DNA from: Eledone cirrhosa
Taxonomy: Eukaryota
Assembly: GCA_964016885.1 (NCBI GenBank)
Contig: OZ024740.1
Coordinates: 163,184,001-163,248,000 of the forward strand
DNA length: 64,000 nucleotides
Direction: 5' to 3'
This document shows, in pieces, positions 24,538 to 35,179 of this stretch. The notes beneath the pieces are model-generated. The model was not told where the DNA came from. It was given only the letters and a program-made list of their open reading frames with translations, and did not search any database. Both the position numbers and the translations under genes were made by a program. Positions within the stretch are counted from its first letter, which is position 1; every line of letters starts with the position of its first letter.

Positions 24538-24920
24538 AATAATGATTTCTACTAGAGGCACAAGGCCAGCAATTTTTTGAGGGAAGGGAAAGTCAATTAA
24601 ATCGATCCCAGTGCATTGCTGGTGCTTTATTTTATCAACCCCGTAAGGAAGAAAAATAAAGCTAACCTCAGTGGGATTTGAACTCAGAACGTAAAGGGAC
24701 ATAACTCAATGCCGTGAAGCATGTTGACGACGCTCTACCAATACTGCCAATCCACCACCCTAGATTTGCTACAAATAATTGTTTCTACTTTAGGAAGAAG
24801 GCCAGAAGTGGAAGGGGAGGGGAAAAGTCGATTAAATCGACCCCTGTGCGTTACTGGTATTATATTTTATCCACCCCATAAGGTTAAAAGGCAAAGCTAA
24901 CCTCGGCAGGATTTGACTCC
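24538..24920 (-). mobile_element. Two head-to-tail family N SINEs (24538-24760 and 24775-24920)
   Basis: Both are reverse-complement matches to family N; bounded by three variants of ATTTGCTAAAAATAAT. Confidence 0.85.
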
Positions 24921-25582
24921 ACATTTGCTAAAAATAATAGAATGTGATGAAGACATAATACCACATAATCTAAATGATAATGAACACATAAAATATTGTG
25001 TATACTTTCTGAAATAACTTTGTATTTCGATTAAAAATTATGTCCAATTGTTCTTCATAAGCAGGAAAAAGAATTTTTAAATATTTATCATTCCATTTAG
25101 ACTTGTATGGAATGGATTCCAACTTTTAACAATAATGAAAAGTGACTGACTGGCATATAAAGAGTGGATTTAGATGAAACTGGATTCATTGTTTAAAGGT
25201 TAATTAAAAGTGTCCAGGTAAAAAAACAATGTTGATTGCATACAATTAATTTGTTATTTAGCAAGGCTTAACCATTCAGGTCTGAAAACAATAGTCAACT
25301 CTTCTTTATACACAATCTTTGAATTAGTAAAAGATGAACCAATGAGGAAGCATCTACATGGTTATTTTAGCTGTTAGAAATAACCATCAAATCTCCTCAG
25401 ACAAGAACCTACCATCTTATAAAAGGACATACAATAGCGATTCTCAAACTTTTTTGCCCCCTCATGGCCACATGATACCCTCGGTGCCCCCCAACCCTAT
25501 TTCCAGAGAGACCTGCCTACACACAAATTGTAAATAATATATAATAAATAAAATCGTTGTTTTATATATAATAAATAATATA

Positions 25583-26773
25583 ATCTGGTGGGCTCTTAGA
25601 AAACTAGGAGTAGATGAATGGCTTGTGAAAGCGGTACAAGCCATGTATAGGGGAGCAGTCAGCAAAGTTAGGATTGGCAATGAGTATAGCGAGGAATTTA
25701 GCGTACAGGTTGGGGTCCACCAGGGCTCTGTTCTTAGCCCTCTCCTGTTCATCATAGTCCTGCAGGCAATAACGGAGGAGTTTAAGACCGGATGCCCATG
25801 GGAACTCCTGTATGCTGATGACCTCGCACTCATAGCTGAATCTATGGTAGAACTAGAGAATAAATTCCAAACCTGGAAGCAGGGACTAGAGAGAAAGGGC
25901 CTCAAAGTCAACATGACAAAGACTAAGGTCCTTATAAGTAGACGAGAAAACAGAACCCAGATCCCCTCAGGGAAATGGCCTTGCTCAGTATGTAGGAAAG
26001 GTGTAGGTAGGAACTCCATTCTTTGCCCCAAATGCAAACAATGGGTACACAAGAGATGTAGCGGGATCTCAGGAAGCTTAATTAAGAATGTAGGATTCAC
26101 ATGCAGCAGCTGTGCTGAAACAGCAAGCAAACAGCCACAGGAAACAAGTACCACCAATCTCTGGGAGGGCCCTGTAGAAACAGTAGACAGCTTCTGCTAC
26201 CTAGGTGACCGAATTAGCAACGGAGGTGGGTGCTCAGAAAGTACAATAACTAGGGTAAGAACGGGATGGAAGAAGTTTAGGGAACTACTACCACTGCTAG
26301 CTGCAAAAGGCTTCTCCCTCAGAATGAAAGGCAGACTGTATGATGCGTGTATCCGAACAGCGATGTTGCATGGTAGTGAGACCTGGGCGCTGAAGGTGGA
26401 AGACTTACGTAGATTAGAGAGAAACGAAGCCTGCATGCTCCGATGGATGTGTAACAGTAATATACGTGAACGACAAAGCATAAATGAATTGAGAGAGAGA
26501 CTGAGCATAAGAGGAATCAAATGCTGCGTGCAGGAGAGGCGGTTACGCTGGTATGGACATGTGATGCGTATGAAGGATGACAGCTGCATAAAAAGGTGCA
26601 GAGCACTAGAAGTTGATGGAAACCGTGGAGTGGGGAGACCCAAGATGACTTGGGATGAGGTGATAAAAGCCGACCTTACCCAACTACACCTCTCAAAGTC
26701 AATGACACACGACCGTGACTTCTGGCGTCACGCAGTAATACAGGGTACCCGACCTCCCATGGGTACATGCTGA
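25583..26773 (+). CDS. RTE non-LTR retrotransposon reverse transcriptase, C-terminal part (N-terminally truncated) with an embedded PHD-type zinc finger
   Basis: The frame is open from the truncation point (IWWALRKLG...). Motifs: GVHQGSVLSPLLF, LLYADD, GLKVNMTKTK, C4HC3 finger, FCYLG, MLHGSETW, RRLRWYGHVMRM, GRPK..W. The GTG at 25625 is not a real start, so this is probably not an expressed gene. Confidence 0.93.
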   Translation: MWWALRKLGVDEWLVKAVQAMYRGAVSKVRIGNEYSEEFSVQVGVHQGSVLSPLLFIIVLQAITEEFKTGCPWELLYADDLALIAESMVELENKFQTWKQGLERKGLKVNMTKTKVLISRRENRTQIPSGKWPCSVCRKGVGRNSILCPKCKQWVHKRCSGISGSLIKNVGFTCSSCAETASKQPQETSTTNLWEGPVETVDSFCYLGDRISNGGGCSESTITRVRTGWKKFRELLPLLAAKGFSLRMKGRLYDACIRTAMLHGSETWALKVEDLRRLERNEACMLRWMCNSNIRERQSINELRERLSIRGIKCCVQERRLRWYGHVMRMKDDSCIKRCRALEVDGNRGVGRPKMTWDEVIKADLTQLHLSKSMTHDRDFWRHAVIQGTRPPMGTC

Positions 26774-27065
26774 AGCATATAAACAATATGCCCCCCCCCC
26801 CCCCCACCGCAAGGTGGTCGTGGAGGTGCCACGGCAAAAAAGCACCCAGCCCACACTGTAAAGTGGACGTGTAGGCGCCACGAAAAAGCACCCAGCACTC
26901 ACTGTAAATGAGGTTGGTGTTAGGAAGGGCATCCAGCTGTAGAAATCAAGCCAGATCAGTTCCTGTATGAGCAAGGCATGGTCAGCCGACCAGACACTGC
27001 CCACAACAGGACAACCCGTCTAACCCATGCTAGCGTGGAAGAACGGACGTAAAACGGTGATGATG
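25583..27065 (+). mobile_element. Young 5'-truncated RTE-clade LINE
   Basis: Uninterrupted RT ORF; 3'UTR with ~47-bp repeats, CCATGCTAGCGTGG stem-loop and (TGA)n tail; candidate 9-bp TSD AATATAATA (25574-25582 and 27066-27074). Confidence 0.95.
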
Positions 27066-27384
27066 AATATAATATATACAATGTATAAATAAATATTATA
27101 TATTTTACTATATATATATATATATGTATCATTTAATATACTATTATATCATCTCTACCACCCCCTTAGGCCCCAACGTCCCTTGAACCTTCTCAATGGC
27201 AATAACATCCACTTTGAGAACCTCTGACATAGAATAATGCAGTTTGGCATACTGTATTCCTGAAAATAGGATGGTCTGTTTGGACTGAGTCAAATCTGAG
27301 AATGGAACATTTACAGTAAAGAAGGTATAGCAGGGATTTATAATGTCAAGCAATTGATAAAGTTCAGTTCAAACTAACCTGAAT

Positions 27385-27625
27385 AGTTGTTGTTGATGTT
27401 TAGCTTGGGGTCAATTTTGATCAAGGAGACCTATGATGAATGGTATTCCAGCCTATGAAGTAGACCTGTGATAAAGAGAATTCCACCTCATCGTTTTGGC
27501 TATATATCAAGGACTACAATATTTACTGTGTTCTTTCCTTATTTAAAATGATAGGATGTGATTGAAGAAATACTTGGCTGCTATTTCTAGCAGTTCAAGC
27601 AGCCACTTAAAGGCTCTCTCATTGG
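27385..27625 (-). mobile_element. Family A SINE-like repeat
   Basis: GTTGTTGTTG..TTTAGCTTGGGGTCA..GACCTATGATG..TTCCAGCC..GGCTGCTATTTCTAGCAG. Confidence 0.65.
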
Positions 27626-29032
27626 GTCAAATCTGAAGAGTTTGTGTCAATTTTGTTTATGTTCTTGCTATTGGGAATCTTGCTTACTCCAAAATATTTA
27701 ATTCACAACTTTTGTGCATTATATTTTCTTACAGCAGACTGGCCTTGTTGAAATATGAAAAAAGGCTAAAAACCTTTTGATTCCATGTTCCTTTGGTTCT
27801 ACATCTCATTTTCACTGCCACCTACACAATTGTATTACTGATAAGAATGATTAATGCAGCACTATAGAAAATGGTATATGAAGTTCCTCCCAAAAAGAAT
27901 CAATAAATTCAAGAACCCCTTATCAAATTAAGTTTATGAACTGTAAAAAGCTGTATGTGTGTACATGCATGCATGCACATATAAGTAAACATCCTGAGAC
28001 AGACTTTGCAGATTTACATCAACCCTATTCCCCTAAATTACAGTAAATCATAGAAATGTCTATGGCAAGTTAGATCATTTGATAAGGTTCCATGCATATA
28101 ATTGGGACATTGAGCAGAGAGAGCGAGAGAGAGAGAGAGAGAGAGAGAGGCAGAGAAAAAGAGGAAGAGAGAATATGAAGAAAGGATAAACATAAATATC
28201 TATAAATATACTCAACAACTCAGTTCCTGTAAAGATTAAGATAATTTAAAGTAAGGAAAGAATTTGTGATCTTCTGTACATAATTACATCCCAGAGAATG
28301 CGATTCATTCATTAAAATAGCTGAAACATTAAACTTGGACTATATCAAAAAAGATTTCACTTAAGTTAGCTTCCTTGGCTAAAAAGCAAAATGTCCTAAT
28401 GGTATTGTTACATCCAGCCTTTAGTAAAACAGCAAAAGTCTTTAGTTACTTAAACAATAGCCAGGCTGACCTATAAATGTTAAAAATAAAATAAATTTTA
28501 TTAAAGAAACAAATTACACTTTGCTTTCAGTGCCAGTAAATTTTATTTATTGCTTGCTATTCCAGGCAAACAACATAAATTTGAAACTGAACTTGTAAAG
28601 CTAAGCTATTTTTTTCCCAATACAAAGCAATGTTTACAATGCAACATGAAAGCATATTTAATATCTGTAACATCAATATATTTAAAACAAATTTATTCCT
28701 GGTGTAAAATAATACTAGTTATAAACCCAATTTGAACTCACCATTCAGGCAGAAGTGTAGCCATCACATGTCTTGCTTGAGTAATATAAAGCTACTACTA
28801 TGCATAATAGTTATACAGTCATGTATAAATCTGATACATTCTAACAGTATAAAATTAAATAGAACACCTCAAATGGCTGCATAAAATAGTTTGTTTATCG
28901 GTATTAGGTCTATGATAATTTCAGCAACAATAAAACTTCTGCCTGAAGAATGAGCAAATAACTTAGTGAAACATGTTGAAGAAATGCTCAAAGAAAATAG
29001 GAATGAAAATCCACAATATTATTTTTGCAGAA

Positions 29033-29064
<32 letters not shown>

Positions 29065-29844
29065 ATTCAAGGAAACAACAAACAGGGGTACAAAAAAATC
29101 TTATTAGTTCCACTCTTTATATAGACAGTTTGACGTGTTGAGATTCAGCCCTCCTTCAGGAGTACAAAAATAGAACCAGGATCTCAAAGGATAGATACAG
29201 AAAATAAAAGGTTATATATATATATAGTTAATCATGAAGAAGAATTACAATATGCATTACATCAGAGAATAATGTTTTTCTTACTGTCCTTATTTTGCAT
29301 TTAGTGAATTTGAAAGCTTGATATCAATATCATTTCCTGATTTATTCCTATCTGACATCCATTTTTCAATATTATACATGTTACATAATTCTTTAGATTC
29401 AAATATCTCTATATATATTCAGAGATACATTTTAAACTTCATTCTATTAGGATTAATACACAACATTTTATGTTTTTAAATCAACTTTATATATATGTCA
29501 ATGCCATTATTTTCTTAACTGGTTTAGGTTTGGAAGATCTGCAATACAACATTTTCTCATATATCTCAAATGCAATACAGCATTTTCTAATGTATTTAAG
29601 AAAATCTATAACAGAATATAACTAACAGTATGCATTGATACTACTACAAAGATGAAAAGAATGATATTCATTAGAAAAGAATATGTCAGAGAAATCAAAG
29701 AATACATAGAGGAGAATAGGAACCAATATAGAGAAAGGGCTGTGATTTATGCCCCTTTGATTGAATATCATTGTATATTTGAATACTTATGTTAAAGATA
29801 GATGGGATACATATTTCCTATCTGTAGCAATGTATGTATGTATG

Positions 29845-30175
29845 GTCCCATAACTCCTGATAGAGTCGTAGGGGCGCTGTATTGACATACAGTGTTTCTT
29901 GGGCATTTTTAAGCCTGGCGGAGCCCATCCCTCTCCAGGCCTGAGGACAGCAGATTTCTTCCAGAGAAAGACAGAAGGTGAGAGAGAGGAAATAAAAAAG
30001 AGATATAGAGGAAGATTTGACCCCAGTACTAGAGTGGTACTTTTTTTTATCGACCTCGAAAAGATGAAAGGCAAAGTTGACGTTGGTGGGATTCAAACTC
30101 AAAGAACAGATTGCCGGAATGAATACCATAAAGCATTCTATTAGACGTTTTAACAAGTCTGCCAATTCGCCACCT
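29845..30175 (-). mobile_element. Extended-tail family N-related SINE
   Basis: Reverse complement of 20159-20490 over the full length; accounts for the ORFs at 29787-30303. Confidence 0.8.
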
Positions 30176-30542
30176 ATATCTGTAACAACATACAAGCTTA
30201 ATGAAATGTAGCAGTGCAGAATCTCTTTCTTCAGTGGACATATATTTATACAATAACTACAGTATCTGATGGGAAATACTAAGCATGTATTGACAAACAG
30301 CAAAATGATAAATTAATCATAAAAATTAAAAGATTTCACAATTGAATTACTTTTTCTTAATCCATCAATCTTATAATAAATGCCATTGTGTATTTATATA
30401 TTTCTAGTCACACACAGATGGATAACTCCAATTTCTTTGAAGTTACCAATGAGAAATACAAGAAATAAAATTCATTATGTCAGAACAAAAATGTAAATAT
30501 TTCTAATTAAAAATAAATGGTTTATTTATATCTTAACTTTAG

Positions 30543-30675
30543 GGCAGTGGATTGGCAGTCATGGTACAACATGCTTTGCCACACATAGTTATGACCCTTT
30601 ATGTTCTAAGTTCAAATTCCAACAAGGTTAGCTTTGCCTTTCATCTATATGGGGTTGATGAAATAAAGTACCAAT
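30543..30675 (+). mobile_element. Family N SINE (degraded, partial)
   Basis: GGCAGTGGATTGGCAG..AAGTTCAAATTCC..TTGCCTTTCATC..AAATAAAGTACCA. Confidence 0.7.
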
Positions 30676-31552
30676 AAGGTTAATAATACAACAAAGGATC
30701 TCCAACCTCTTCAGAAGAGAAATAACATAACTGAAGTGAACTTTGTTTTATCATTTTCATTACATTTACATAACATAAAAATATTTGCTGCCATTATTGA
30801 CAACATGGGTACACGAGTTTTATAATTTAATAGGTGATCTTACGTAATTGGTAGTGGGTACATGCTTGTGCATGCATATGTGCTTAATAGATCTTAGAAC
30901 AATACAATTAATACAAGGGTGGAATGGAAGAAACTGTTAATAAAAGAGAAAAAAGACAAAAGCTGCTACCTAGAGTGAAGTCAGATTTAAAATGATGGTT
31001 AGATCAGACAGCAATTTTTCTTTGATAGGAATTTAATTTCAGCACGTAAACTATTAGACAATTTCCTGTTAGTTCAGTGCATCACTAGTTCAATAAATGT
31101 CAACATAGGAAAAACAGGTTAAAATCAATGATATAGTTGTCATCATGAAGAGAATCCTTCAACAAGCATGTCTTCAATTAAACATGATTTAGCATTCATA
31201 TTATTTACAACTACAACTTTCTATCAATCATGGGAACTCAAGTGACCTGGTAGGTAAGTACTTCTAAACATAAAACTGAAGTTATTGAATCACCTAACAA
31301 CAGTGATAGAATTTGGTTGAAGAGATAAATACCATTTTAAAGGCAAATCTTTCTTACATAATAACCCTAACTAACTAGTCTCAATTGTTAATAATTCTTG
31401 ATGATTCAAGAAAAGCTATAAACATCTAAACACCAATATATGATTCTGAGGAGAAAATGTAAGCTTCACCCTTTAGAATTTAAACTAGCCATATCTAGCT
31501 TTAGATAACTGTTGCAAGAAAAACATCTTGGACATTATGATTCCTAAGAAGA

Positions 31553-31768
31553 TTAACCCTTTAGCATTTAAACCGGCTGTATCTAGCCAGAATTATCTCA
31601 CCTCTTTCTGTTCAAACCGGTGACTCATATTGATGTTAAGGTGTTGTTCTCAAAATAAATATCAAAATCTCATAGATTTGATATTATGTGAAATAATTAC
31701 GTTAGGTAAAGCCTTTACCATGAACATGCAGTAGTATATATAGAGTAATGTAAATGTGAAAGGGTTAA
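31553..31768 (-). mobile_element. TTAA/piggyBac-type MITE family A
   Basis: TTAA-CCCTTTAGCATTTAAACCGG...TAAATGTGAAAGGG-TTAA; reverse orientation relative to 19852. Confidence 0.88.
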
Positions 31769-32345
31769 GGAATATGATGCTAAACTCATCAAGTAAAATT
31801 AAAAAATAACCAAGATGATAGGGAATGAACTCGGACTAACTAGCCTCAGTACAGTAGCCTGAGAAACATGTCATAAGATATTAAGTGGAAAATCAAATAC
31901 TCAAGATCAAAAGAATATGATGTAGGTTGAGTTTTATCACCTAACAATACTTGTCAGAAGGACCTCCACATTTTTAGTCTTTACAATACAAATATTAGTA
32001 AATGTGTCATTATCACTAAAATCCTTATAAATTACTATAAAAACCAAATGTCTTTCAGAATAAATGTGCTTTAGTTACTTGATTTGAAAGACAAAACAGC
32101 TGAGTGATTGATTATTTTCTTTAACTTCTCTAGCACGTTTGTGTGATACATTACGATATATCACATTACACAGTCTAATCTAGCATAAACATATATTATT
32201 TACAACAATTCAATTATTTTCTATAATTGAGTGATTGACATTACTTGTAGTATTCCAATACTTTTAGTGCACTTCTTATAACAATTAACTGAATTTGCAG
32301 AGCCATCCAATTCAAACTAACATGAACAATAAGTGTAATCGTGTA

Positions 32346-32613
32346 TTAACCCTTTCATTATCATATTTGTAAAGAAAGACATACCACACGATTTTCAAAT
32401 AATTTTGGAAATTATTAAGAATGTTGAGGGATTTAGTAATATAACTTTCTCACTATTAAGCTGGCATTTGAAACATAACAATCTTTTTTTTTTTTTAACA
32501 GAGAATGATAGTGGAAAGTTTTTAGATAAATATAAACACTTAACAAATAAACAAATAACTTGGTATTGTAGAACTAGGAGTGGTTTCAGGTGAGCTAGTA
32601 TCAAAAGGGTTCA
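32346..32613. mobile_element. TTAA MITE family B
   Basis: TTAA-CCCTTTCATTATCATATTT...TAGTATCAAAAGGG-TTCA. Confidence 0.7.
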
Positions 32614-33249
32614 AATGTATCAGATGAAAAATGATTCAAGCTGATAGAAATAACTGAAAAGATATTTGTAGTAAAATATAATTGCTTGTAAAAATTCTTT
32701 GTTTATCAAATCTCACCAAGTTGCAGCTACTGTAGTTTTAAGAAAATATTGCTGGACACAGATACACTGAACAAGATGAGAGATAATGAATTTTGTTTAG
32801 ATTATACTATTTATTTTGAAAAGTGTCATGTTTTAGTATGACAACTAACAATAAAAGCCCTACAGACCTTAATGGCACTTTCATCCCTACAGCTCTCTCA
32901 ATTACATAGGTCAAGCCACCATTGGTCTATCATGATAAGTCCTTCTCCTTTGAATATCCCAGTCACTATTAGTCAATCACAATAAGTTTCTTGGAAGCTA
33001 AACATCCCAATAACCACAAGGAAAACTTTTATTCCAAGCTAATGATGTCTCTAAAATTCCTCCTCCTTCATAGCTAAACACATTACCTACATCATGGAGA
33101 ACCATATCCAGCTGCAAAAAACACATAGCATACACAATAAGAAATATTGGCAGTTTTCTCTGTTTTTGCGTGTATCATATGATGAAGTACAGCAGCAAGT
33201 GGTGACACTGTTGTCCAATCCATTCTAGCATGGAAAACTTGACATAAAA

Positions 33250-33405
33250 TAATTGTTTCAACTTTTGGCACAAGGCCAACAATTACCCAGTGCATTACTG
33301 GTACTTTATTTTATCGACCCCGTAAGGATGAAAGGCAAAGATAAACTCGGCGGGATTTGAACTCAGAATGGCAAGACCCTCTACCGATACTGCCAATCCA
33401 CCGCC
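33250..33405 (-). mobile_element. Family N SINE with an internal deletion
   Basis: 12-bp TSD CTTGACATAAAA (33238-33249 and 33406-33417); inserted in an RTE tail remnant. Confidence 0.85.
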
Positions 33406-33749
33406 CTTGACATAAAAGAATGATGATAATTTAGACTGTCAGAAGTTTTCTAATAGATAAAGTTTCTTTCAGTGAATGCCAGCATAGCTTCTTTGATAAA
33501 ACTAATCCAGTTGTTTGGATAAATTTAACCTTAGTCTGAAAGAGATTCTGAAAGTTATCTATGATTGGTGAAAAACTATGAAAATATCTTCTTTAAATAT
33601 TAATGTATGATAGGTCAATATTGATATTTGTATCTGAATGTAACGTGAGAAAGAAACCATAGCCATCAAACCCTAGAGGAGACAATTTTTGAAGGGACTA
33701 TGCTTATTAATGCCCACTTCAAATTCAATGTAAATGATATTGTGGGTAT

Positions 33750-34745
33750 TCTTCTTTACCCACTTATTCCTGAGAGGGTCCTGGGAGCAGAGTCCTCAAA
33801 CACTCCTTTCAGCAGATTCTATCAGAAGCAACTGTCTCCGATTGATCTGACTAGATACCCAAGAGAGACCAGCAGAGATCATGGTTGTTATCTAACCATC
33901 ATTATCAGGGCCTATCACTAGGTCTCCTGCCAGTTGGTTTGCCTATAAAATCTGTTCAGTGGTTCTTTCCTGAGACGTTCTAATTACATGCTTGTAATAT
34001 CGGAGCTGTAATCTCTCAATTTGGAGAAGTAGCAGCTATATATGGAGCGACTCGCCAAGCTATGCACTCTATCGAGTAATGTTACTCCAAATACCCTTCA
34101 GAGGAACCCCCATTTCAGCCACTTATATTCACAATCATATTATTTTGGTCTGATTACTAAATGCTGAAGTTGGTGCAATATGGCACCAGCTCCTGCAATT
34201 CTTGCACCTAATTCAGCCTCCTGCCTCCCATCACTCATGAACAAAGCTCCGAGATACTTGAAGTTCTCCACGTACTTCAGTGGAACTCCATTCACATGTA
34301 GAGTGCACTACATGGGCTTCCTTAAGAAGCTTAGCATTGACTTTACCAGAGAGGCTTAACAAGGAGATTTCTCTATAATTGGAGAAATCTCTCTTCTCTC
34401 TTTTTGAAAATTGCAATCACCACTCCTGATTGCCATGGCTTAGGTGCCTTTCCAGAGATCCAGACCACCCGGCACTCACAAATCAGCCAGAGAATACCTT
34501 CTAAACTTAAGACTTTTAACATCTCGGGTTGAATTTCATTCTCCCTAGTGGCCATGTCACATTTGCGCTCTTTAATTGCTCATGTGACCTCAGCCTCTGA
34601 GAGATTAGTCATCAATCTCAGATGCACCTCGTGTACATCAGAAGATGCTGTTGTGATTGGGTTTAAGAGATCAGCAAAAGATTCTCTCCACCTTGTAAGG
34701 ATGTACCTCACATTCCTGATAGATATGGAGGGGAACCACTTCTTA
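33750..34745 (-). pseudogene. Degraded RTE LINE of a second lineage (Expander/Rex3-like), internally deleted
   Basis: Minus strand: ENEIQPEMLK..GILWL..VWISGKAPKPWQSGVVIAIFKK, NYREISLLSLSGKV, and CTLHVNGVPLKYVENFKYLG. Confidence 0.8.
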
Positions 34746-34926
34746 TGAAGTCAGTGGATGATATTATGAGTAACAAATAAAATTGGTAGACTGTTTTTCA
34801 AGTATAGATAAAATAGGAGAAAGATTAGCAGAGAATGCAACTCTTGATTTCAACATGTCTTAGTGATAGTAAGCTTCTGAGATATTTTAGGTGAAGCTGT
34901 AGTTTAGAACACAGGAGAACATTTGT

Positions 34927-35179
34927 TTAACCCCTTTGATACCAACCTGCCTGTATCCCCTCCTGCTTCCCTAATACAAAGTCATTGGTTTTAAAATGAT
35001 TAGATTTAAATTTAAACATCCCATCATAATTTTATGAAAGAACCTTTGATATGTTCCAAATACTAACTTAATAATGAGAAAGTTAGTTATATTATTAAAT
35101 CCTTCCAAATATTATATCATTTTCAAAATTAACAGAAAACCATAGTGTTTCATTAGAAATATGGTAATGAAGGGGTTAA
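34927..35179. mobile_element. TTAA MITE family B
   Basis: TTAA-CCCCTTTGATACCAACC...AAATATGGTAATGAAGGGG-TTAA. Confidence 0.8.

Larger units (their letters stand above)
25435..27226. mobile_element. hAT/Charlie-type MITE interrupted by the RTE LINE
   Basis: TIRs TAGCGATTCTCAAA (25435) and TTTGAGAACCTCTG (ends 27226); 8-bp TSD ACATACAA/ACATAGAA; itself splits a family A repeat. Confidence 0.75.

Noticed and set aside
25462-26157. 231-aa minus-strand ORF (also 26197..26643, 21156..21715 and 61778..62278)
   Set aside because: Antisense shadows of RTE RT coding sequence, with no independent motifs.
29125-29170. Second hammerhead-like motif on the minus strand (CTGAAGG...AACACGTC)
   Set aside because: Both conserved core boxes deviate and the stems pair poorly; at most a decayed Penelope-type end.
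29787-30303. 161-aa and overlapping ORFs
   Set aside because: They lie across a SINE whose other copy (20159-20490) does not preserve the frame.
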